This document shows, piece after piece, positions 57,167 to 64,000 of a stretch of 64,000 nucleotides of DNA. The translations under genes were made by a program, and so were the position numbers. The DNA comes from Terriglobia bacterium (GTDB lineage: Bacteria > Acidobacteriota > Terriglobia > 20CM-2-55-15), in the NCBI GenBank assembly GCA_965198225.1, contig CBDAOY010000006.1, positions 896,001 to 960,000 on the forward strand, given 5' to 3'. The stretch's first letter is position 1; every line of letters starts with the position of its first letter. The notes under the pieces were generated by a model. It was not told the DNA's origin. It did not search any database and saw nothing but the letters and a program-made list of their open reading frames with translations.

Positions 57167-57673
57167 CTAATCACTTGAACCGTTCTGATCAATGGCCTCC
57201 CTGGACGGCCGGGACTCGGCCCGAGAAACCCTCAGGACCTGATAGGACTTAAACACATCTTCCTGGTTCTCTTTGGCCGTTTCGCCGAGATCCACAAATA
57301 CCCTATGGCCCCCGGCATAGGCCTGTACATCGATTGCTTCGCGAACTCGAACAATACGATCACGATGAGATCCCACAAGAATATGGACGGAATCCCCAGT
57401 CTTGAACGGCTCGCCGTTCTTCAGGCTACGACCGTAATACAGAGGGCCCATGATAGGCCAGCCAATCAGGATACCTGCGAACCATCCAAGGGCTGGGAAT
57501 ATGAACAACGAGACCACAAAAACCAGAGGGTCCGTCCATCGTCCTGGTGTACTGATCAAGGGCCACGTGGCGATCACGCCCGCAACACCAGATACAACGG
57601 GAGTGAACCACATCCATGTCCTGACCGGCCAATCGTCCGCAAAGAAGTAGTGGATTCGTGTCGGCTTGACCAT
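57167..57673 (-). CDS. Hypothetical membrane protein with a C-terminal KOW/SH3-like segment
   Basis: Two TM segments, then NGEPFKTGDSVHILVGSHRDRIVRV. Confidence 0.65.
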   Translation of the reverse strand: MVKPTRIHYFFADDWPVRTWMWFTPVVSGVAGVIATWPLISTPGRWTDPLVFVVSLFIFPALGWFAGILIGWPIMGPLYYGRSLKNGEPFKTGDSVHILVGSHRDRIVRVREAIDVQAYAGGHRVFVDLGETAKENQEDVFKSYQVLRVSRAESRPSREAIDQNGSSD

Positions 57674-57734
57674 GCTGCGCGACTGTTGAGGCTAAACCTC
57701 CGATTGGTTTCGACAGGGGATCACACGCTCACAA

Positions 57735-58112
57735 CTACTGCAGCGCTCCGTAGATCAGAAAGGCGCCGAACCCAGCGGCTCCCAGCCCCCATGCCCGGAT
57801 GAAACCCATCGGCCGCGCAGTCCACCAGTCGACGAACCGCGGCAGACGACGCCGACCCAGAACCGGAATGGCCGCCGCGGCTGCCAACGAAACGGCGCCA
57901 AGGATTTGAAACGCCGCGGGGAAACGGGACTCTGAGGAAGCCCCGATCAACACCAATCCAAAGACCAACCTCAAACCGACGGCAAGGTAGATCCCCGCGC
58001 GCGACTGCCACGGGCCGCTGACGAGGCCTATGAGCTTCATCGGGTGCACCGAACCCAGTACTCCCAAGGATGTGATTGCTACTCCGAACAGTATTACGGC
58101 CTCGTCAAGCAT
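57735..58112 (-). CDS. Hypothetical four-TM membrane protein
   Basis: Hydrophobic 125-aa ORF, RLVFGLVLIGASSESRFP..FQILG. Confidence 0.7.
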   Translation of the reverse strand: MLDEAVILFGVAITSLGVLGSVHPMKLIGLVSGPWQSRAGIYLAVGLRLVFGLVLIGASSESRFPAAFQILGAVSLAAAAAIPVLGRRRLPRFVDWWTARPMGFIRAWGLGAAGFGAFLIYGALQ

Positions 58113-58609
58113 CGGGAGTTTCGGGTGTGCCTCAACGCCGGTATCGTTCCGTCACAGACGCTGGACAGACGCTGCCGAACTCGGTGGAGTGTTCGAGCCT
58201 TGTCTTGAAGATTATCTGCGGAATTGGGGTGGCCGGTGTGGTCGAGTGCAAAGCGGAGCGCCGATCCATACCACTCGACGCGTTCCTCCATGGCCATATC
58301 CGAATCACTGATCGACGATTCCCATTGATGAAACCCCCTCCATGGGCTCCGCGTTTGTCAAACGCCGTCTTCGGATCAATATCCACAACGACATGTTAGC
58401 TCGCGCGGGCGGCGGTGGTCCCCTCAAACTGACCATGAGGCCTTGTTTGTGTCCGGCTTGAAACCATAATCATCGCCTTCCTCACGAGCAGCCGCGACAA
58501 AGCCCCGAGGAACAGTCAGCACTCTGTGGTCCCCGAACGCCGACGCAATCTTCTATAGGCAAAAGTGTTTGATGGTCTTGGCGTCCCCGTGCTGAGGCGG
58601 GACGCCGTA

Positions 58610-59719
58610 TCACTCCCAGGGGTACGGCCCCTCCATCTCGATCCCTCTAGCCTCGAAGATCAGCTCGATCATGCGGTTCCGCGACTCCGGGCTCGTCGTG
58701 CGGTTGTAGACCGCGTTGGTCTTGTGAGCGATGACGAGGTCGATCGCCGGGAACACCATGATCATCTGACCGTACGCACCAAGCGACGTGTACGCGCCCT
58801 CGAACGGACCGACGGCGCGTGGGCCGTCCCATACCCACCACATGTAGCCGTAGCCGAAGTAGCCGTCCCTGCGGCTGACGGGGTTCATCTCCGCCAGGGG
58901 AGTCACCACGCTCGAGATCCGTCGCGCCCAGTCCCGCGAGACGACCTGTTCGTCTTTCCAGTTCCCCTCGTTGAGCATCAGGTAGCCCAACCGGGCCATG
59001 TCTCTCGTCGACAGCCAGATGTGATAAGCCGGGTTCACCGAGATGTCGAGGTTGCCGCTCTTCCGCTGCGCGCTTCGATCCCAGTCCTCGAACTGGAGTG
59101 GGCCCGCAAGCTGGGACTGGATCTCGTCGTAGATATTCCTACCCGTGAGCTGCTCGAACACCGCGCCGGCCGCGTTGAAGTCCCAGTTGCTGTAGAGCAT
59201 GTATGTGCCGGGCTTCTGGGACCCGCGCTCGGGCGCGTCGGCCAGGTTGTCCCCACCGTTGGAGGCGGGGTGGTAGACCCCAGACCGTGCGGTGATGAGA
59301 TGCCGGACTTTTGCCTGCTTCTCGATGGGAAGCAGGCCACCGATGTCGTCGATGCCCAACTCCTCGAGAGTGGCCTCGATGTCGATAGTGTCGTTCGCCA
59401 CCCAGTATCCGTAGAGCATCGCCAGGATACTCTTCCTGACGGACGCGAGATACGACAGCTCCTCGATGTCGCCGAAGCGGAACGTGACCCGGCCACGGTC
59501 GACGACGACGACACCCGTGCTGTTGGAGTCGTCGCGCAGGTGTGTGAAGACGTCGCGGAGCTTCTGCCCATCCCAGCCGTAGGCAGCGAGCTGTGGCTCG
59601 CTGACGTATTCCCATTCTTCTCCCGGGAAGACGGCGTCGGTCGGGGATTGGGCCGCCGACGAGGCGACGAAAACGGCCGGCACCAGGAGAGCACGAAGGA
59701 CAAGACGAATACGCATCAT
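58610..59719 (-). CDS. Exported beta-lactamase-family serine hydrolase
   Basis: SxxK (SVRKS), YSN, RDMARLG, YGYMWW, GAYGQ. Confidence 0.9.
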   Translation of the reverse strand: MMRIRLVLRALLVPAVFVASSAAQSPTDAVFPGEEWEYVSEPQLAAYGWDGQKLRDVFTHLRDDSNSTGVVVVDRGRVTFRFGDIEELSYLASVRKSILAMLYGYWVANDTIDIEATLEELGIDDIGGLLPIEKQAKVRHLITARSGVYHPASNGGDNLADAPERGSQKPGTYMLYSNWDFNAAGAVFEQLTGRNIYDEIQSQLAGPLQFEDWDRSAQRKSGNLDISVNPAYHIWLSTRDMARLGYLMLNEGNWKDEQVVSRDWARRISSVVTPLAEMNPVSRRDGYFGYGYMWWVWDGPRAVGPFEGAYTSLGAYGQMIMVFPAIDLVIAHKTNAVYNRTTSPESRNRMIELIFEARGIEMEGPYPWE

Positions 59720-59814
59720 GGCTTTGCTCCACGGGATTGCGATGAGTGGCGCCTCTCGCTAATCCTCTGCACCTGTCTCGACATCGATCCAACACGCCCG
59801 AACCGCCGGCCCCC

Positions 59815-61467
59815 TCAGTCGGGATCCGCCCGTTCTACGCCGACAACCGAAACGTTCTCACCGTTGCGAAGATACACATCAACGGGACTCGTCCACTTGG
59901 GTTGGCCGGAACAGCGCGACGCGAGACGAACCATCAGAAAATCCGCCTCTTCGATCGGAACCGGAAGCCGAGTAGTAGTGGTTGAAGAGGTTTGGCCGAG
60001 CGGCGACAGATTTCCGCTCTGGTTGTCGAACTTGTGCCACGTGTAGTCATAGCGGCACTCGGAAGCCATTCCGGCCACCAGACCCAGGTTGACAAAGTCC
60101 AGGCGAGGGCCGCCGGGGCCGGAACCCGAGACTCCGAATTGATCGACCGGATTGATCTGCGACAGGTAATAGCGAACGATCTTGTCCCGACGCTCAATCA
60201 GGTGTGAGACCAGGTAGTCTTCGGCCGCTGGATCGTCGATCAGCCCGGTTCGAACGATCGCTCGAACGGCCTCGTCACTGAAACGCGCCACCGTACGCGT
60301 CGCCCAAAGCGCATCCTGCCAGGTCATCTTGTCGAACGCAGGATTTGGATAGTCCGGCTTCCAATCGCCCGGCTCGAAAAAGCTCGACTCGAATCGCCCG
60401 ACTGCCGGGTATTCATGATATTTAGTGCGGCGCCAGGGTCGATCCAGGAGGCCGAGTGTTGCGCCGGACTTGAACGCCGGCAGGAACTCGATGTAGTACT
60501 CGTTACCAACACGGCGTGCGTGAGGCTGTACCGCGCCGCTTCCCATGACCGTGCCAAAATCGATCAGATAGTGCTTGACCCACGTCTGCTCCTGCTCGTC
60601 CGTGTGGTACATGTCCAGCGTATTGACGCTGTCGGAGTCGTTGTGATTGAGCCAGGCTGCGAATATGCGCATACCGCGCAACTCGCGCCGGTCTTCGTGC
60701 GGGAAAAGATCATTCGGATCGTCCTTCCGGGTCTCCTGAAAATCGAACGGTCCGATCGGTTTTCCCGGAAGGAACTTGCTCGCTAATACTTGAACTGTTC
60801 CGTCCGGTCGCCGCGGAACACTCTGCAAGATATCTTCCACGTAGTCGTCGCTGAGCACTTCCACCTGTCCCTGAAACGTCACCTCGACGTCCTGGTCGAG
60901 TTCGTAGTCCGGGCGCCAGTGGACGAGGTAGTTCTCAGGCACGTTGTAGCCGAAGGCGTGGAAGAACTTGGTGCCGATGACTTCGGCGGACGTGGCCATC
61001 TGCGGCCACCGAATGGGATCGAATTTGAGTAAGTACGTGTCGCCCAAAGCATCCTGAATCGTAAAGCCCGGTGTCGTCCCCTCGGTCTTCGCTGCAGTAA
61101 TCAGCCACGGTTCGGACATGTCCGGACCTTGTCCCCGGTTGGGTCCCGTGACGAGTTCTTCGATTGTCATCAGCCGATCGCTCACCCGGTTCGTGAACCA
61201 TGAGGAGTTCGGAACTTCTCCCAGCGTGTTGACGTTCTGTGCCTGTCTCTCGCCACCCCCGGGCCTGAGGAATGTCTTCTGAAGCAGATCGATCATTTTG
61301 CTCAGGGGCCGGCCCAACGGCTGCGGGATCGAGAGATTGTCCGGATCTCGCATCAGGGGATCGTCTGATCGGAACTTGCCGGGCTGAGGGGCCTGTGCGC
61401 CGGCGACAAGGGCGGCACAGGCGATCGATGAAAGGATCCAGGCCATTCGGCTTCGTAGATTCTGCAT
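59815..61467 (-). CDS. Exported hypothetical protein with atypical kinase-fold motifs
   Basis: Signal peptide; KTEGTTPGF, YLLKFD, SAEV, WLNHNDSDSVN, YLIDFG; GGGAGG RBS. Confidence 0.75.
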   Translation of the reverse strand: MQNLRSRMAWILSSIACAALVAGAQAPQPGKFRSDDPLMRDPDNLSIPQPLGRPLSKMIDLLQKTFLRPGGGERQAQNVNTLGEVPNSSWFTNRVSDRLMTIEELVTGPNRGQGPDMSEPWLITAAKTEGTTPGFTIQDALGDTYLLKFDPIRWPQMATSAEVIGTKFFHAFGYNVPENYLVHWRPDYELDQDVEVTFQGQVEVLSDDYVEDILQSVPRRPDGTVQVLASKFLPGKPIGPFDFQETRKDDPNDLFPHEDRRELRGMRIFAAWLNHNDSDSVNTLDMYHTDEQEQTWVKHYLIDFGTVMGSGAVQPHARRVGNEYYIEFLPAFKSGATLGLLDRPWRRTKYHEYPAVGRFESSFFEPGDWKPDYPNPAFDKMTWQDALWATRTVARFSDEAVRAIVRTGLIDDPAAEDYLVSHLIERRDKIVRYYLSQINPVDQFGVSGSGPGGPRLDFVNLGLVAGMASECRYDYTWHKFDNQSGNLSPLGQTSSTTTTRLPVPIEEADFLMVRLASRCSGQPKWTSPVDVYLRNGENVSVVGVERADPD

Positions 61468-61486
61468 CAAGCCTCCCTGAGGGCCC

Positions 61487-62848
61487 TCAAAAGGATGGTC
61501 CGAACGCAAGGAACAGCAACACGTTGCCGTCCCCAGTGCGGCCGACATCCATTCTGAAAGACACCCGGCGCCTGTTCTTGGCGCGGATACCCCAACCGAA
61601 AGTGTGCTTCATCCCGTCGAGGTGGAATTCGGAACGTCTGGCAAACGCCTTCCCAGTGTCATAGAACACCGCGAACTCCAACCCCGCTGTCGCTTCCCAT
61701 CGGTACTCGCCGGATAGATAGAGCAGGTTCGCGTCGCGAAACCGAAAATCTTTGTAACCGCGTAGCGTGTCCTGCCCGCCCAGGCTCTTCATCAGGTAGA
61801 AGGGCACCTCGGCGCCATCGTTTGCATAATCTCTCGAGGCGTAGTAGCGCAATGCGATCATGCGTTGCCGAGAGCCGAGCGGCACATACCCCCGCGCATC
61901 CACGGAGAAGCGCTTGAACTCAAAACGGCTTCCATCCAGGTCGTCGAAGCTGGCAAATCGAATGCCGAGCAGGGCAGCCGGCTCGTTTGGATCCGCTTCC
62001 CAGCCAAGATACAGTCCGGAATCGTAGTGCAGGAAATCCGGTTGATGGGCGAGCCCCGGGGCCTGGTCGTCACTGAAGACTTCCTCTGCGTCCGGCCGGG
62101 AGGTTCTGCCTGGGCCGACATTGGTGCTCAGGTAACCCGTCCGGAATTGAACCCCAACCCAGCGCGCAAGCTGGTAGCCGGCCACGACGTCCGCCCTGGC
62201 CTCCTCATACCGGTAGTCGGTACGATTGACCTCTTCAGACTCCGGACCCAGCCCATAAAAGATCTCTTCGGTGAAATTGCGATACCGAAGATCCCCATAT
62301 AGAAAGGTCTTGGTGGGTTCTGGTGAGCGCTGGTCAAATTCGAACGGAGCGCCCAGGAAACTGTCTCCCAGAAAATCATACGGGGCCAACTCCCCGAACC
62401 TTCCCAACCGGAGGTCCAGCGCTCTATAGCCCGTCACGGAATACGCGCCCGATGTCCGAAGCGTTAGACCCGTGCGCCCGATGCGGGGTCGTTCGTAACT
62501 GACGGTGGGAGTCAGGTTGGATATCTGGCTGATCTTACCCAGACCCGCACGCCAACGCCCGAGCCGAACCGACAGCCACTGATCGAATCCATTGGTTTCA
62601 GCCGTTGCCAGGATGTCGGCGAACCTGCCGGCCTTTAGTGGCTGGAGCGCTTTCAAACGTTCGAGTCTTCGGGCCTGGAGCTCTTCGGAACGGCTTGCCC
62701 CGTCCGTCTGTGGAGCGTCCTCCGTCTGCGGACCGTTGTTCGTCTGCGGGGATGCGCTATTCTGACGGGCGCCGCCCTGCGCCGTCGACGGGCTTGCTAC
62801 TAGATCTACCGCGAGTACCAGAAACAGGGGTAGAAGGACAGTCTTCAT
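61487..62848 (-). CDS. BamA/TamA (Omp85)-family outer-membrane barrel without evident POTRA domains
   Basis: Signal peptide; LGGQDTLRGYKDFRF (VRGY-like loop 6), EYRW, FYDTGKAF, GWGIR, C-terminal Phe. Confidence 0.85.
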   Translation of the reverse strand: MKTVLLPLFLVLAVDLVASPSTAQGGARQNSASPQTNNGPQTEDAPQTDGASRSEELQARRLERLKALQPLKAGRFADILATAETNGFDQWLSVRLGRWRAGLGKISQISNLTPTVSYERPRIGRTGLTLRTSGAYSVTGYRALDLRLGRFGELAPYDFLGDSFLGAPFEFDQRSPEPTKTFLYGDLRYRNFTEEIFYGLGPESEEVNRTDYRYEEARADVVAGYQLARWVGVQFRTGYLSTNVGPGRTSRPDAEEVFSDDQAPGLAHQPDFLHYDSGLYLGWEADPNEPAALLGIRFASFDDLDGSRFEFKRFSVDARGYVPLGSRQRMIALRYYASRDYANDGAEVPFYLMKSLGGQDTLRGYKDFRFRDANLLYLSGEYRWEATAGLEFAVFYDTGKAFARRSEFHLDGMKHTFGWGIRAKNRRRVSFRMDVGRTGDGNVLLFLAFGPSF

Positions 62849-63006
62849 GAACGCTAGCCGGTGGAGGAAGCGACGGTCAGCGTCAGCAGCGGAGATCGCG
62901 ACCGCCGTTCCCGAGGAACGTTCGAAGGAAAATCGTCATCAGCCATGAACAGTTTATCGCGACCACGACCGTCAGTAAGCAAAACGATTCGCGCAGGTCG
63001 GGGCAA

Positions 63007-63999
63007 TCAGGCTTGTTCCTGCTCGGTTTCGAGTTCGTTCAGAACATTCCAGACGTTGTGTTCGACGCGAATCCAGTGCCGCAGCAGGTCCATGGTAAAG
63101 CGATACTTCGTCTGATCGCGATCGAGAATCGAAGTCTGTCGGAGCCCTTCCAGTTCAACGCGCGTTCGGGTCATGTCGAGCTGTTGTCGATGGGACTCTG
63201 GAAGCGAACGGATCATTCGGCCGATTCGCTCGGACGACGCATACCCTTCGGGCGCTCCGAGCAACGTCGCCAACGCCGACAGGATCAGTTTGTTGGGTCC
63301 GGCCAAACCGTGCCAGCTGTAGAGAAGCTGCGGTGGCGGGCTTTCGACAACGCGGTCGACGACTTTTTCGACGATGGCCCTGTCGACCGTGCTGGAACGC
63401 TGCTCATTCAACACCTCGACCATCGTCTGACAGAGCAGCTGAGTGTAAAACGGATGCCCGTGTGTCAGCCGGATGAGATCGGCAACCGTCCCTTCCTGGA
63501 AGAACACGCGACCCTCGACGGGTTTGGAAACGAGGTCCTCGGCGTCTTTTCGGTCCAGGAACGTGATTTCGCGGTAGAAGGACTTTCCGATCAACCGATC
63601 CCAGGCGGGCTCGGCAGCCAGCGTGCGAGATCCGGTGAAGACAAAGCTCAGCTGAGAATGACGTTCCAGGAGGCTGTTCAGGTAGTCGTACAGCTCGGCG
63701 CTGAGCTTACCTTCCCGGACCTTGCTCTCGATCAGTTCATATTCGTCGACAAGAAGCACCAAACGGTGTTGATCGATTCGAGATATCGCGGAGTCCATGA
63801 AAGAGCCGAATTCGACATAGTTTGTCACCGACTCTGACGGGCTGTCGCTGCCGCGAATCCCCGAGGCGACGAGGGCGCCACCGATCCGATTGGCGAGCTC
63901 CTGGAGCAACTCCCGGTCTTTCTCGACCACCATACTCTGCATGTCCACAAAGACGGGAATGAACTCTTCACCCAGCCGGCCGTTCAGAATCTGGTAGAG
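63007..63999 (-). CDS. P-loop ATPase (AAA/STAND-like) with C-terminal winged helix; partial, starts beyond the window
   Basis: Frame is open to the window edge (LYQILNG..IPVFVDMQ); Walker B LVLLVDEYE, FVFTGS, THGHPFYTQ (GxP motif). Confidence 0.8.
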   Translation of the reverse strand, partial: LYQILNGRLGEEFIPVFVDMQSMVVEKDRELLQELANRIGGALVASGIRGSDSPSESVTNYVEFGSFMDSAISRIDQHRLVLLVDEYELIESKVREGKLSAELYDYLNSLLERHSQLSFVFTGSRTLAAEPAWDRLIGKSFYREITFLDRKDAEDLVSKPVEGRVFFQEGTVADLIRLTHGHPFYTQLLCQTMVEVLNEQRSSTVDRAIVEKVVDRVVESPPPQLLYSWHGLAGPNKLILSALATLLGAPEGYASSERIGRMIRSLPESHRQQLDMTRTRVELEGLRQTSILDRDQTKYRFTMDLLRHWIRVEHNVWNVLNELETEQEQA

Positions 64000-64000
64000 A

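Noticed and set aside
58094-58386. Small ORFs 58094-58297 and 58132-58386
   Set aside because: No recognisable motif or convincing start; they cannot be supported as genes from sequence alone.

Overview
GC-rich bacterial chromosomal window, most likely Acidobacteriota (inferred from an ADOP-type duplicated orphan permease, DUF1592/DUF1552/ankyrin cassettes and a cytochrome c-PQQ fusion). The first ~10 kb is a decayed accessory zone around tRNA-Ala(GGC), with gene fragments and three IS elements: an intact IS4 with a 9-bp TSD inside a dead IS91-like transposase, which an IS21 also truncates. The rest holds sahR-ahcY, a Dpp/Opp ABC operon, many exported hydrolases, an IS1595 with an 8-bp TSD, a CHRD + cytochrome c-PQQ dehydrogenase pair and two tandem diverged DUF1592-DUF1552-ankyrin cassettes separated by a Uma2 gene. 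At the right end a POTRA-less Omp85 barrel gene is paired with an exported kinase-fold protein. Intergenic DNA carries at least three repeat families: GTAG-type REP/REPINs (about 20 REP units, some in a longer MITE-like unit), AT-rich heptamer-period hairpins and GGGACAG hairpins. The most striking observation is that a 70-bp REPIN appears to be translated in frame inside the signal peptides of both ankyrin paralogues. No CRISPR array, rRNA or RAYT transposase was seen. All family assignments come from motif recognition by eye, without database searches.
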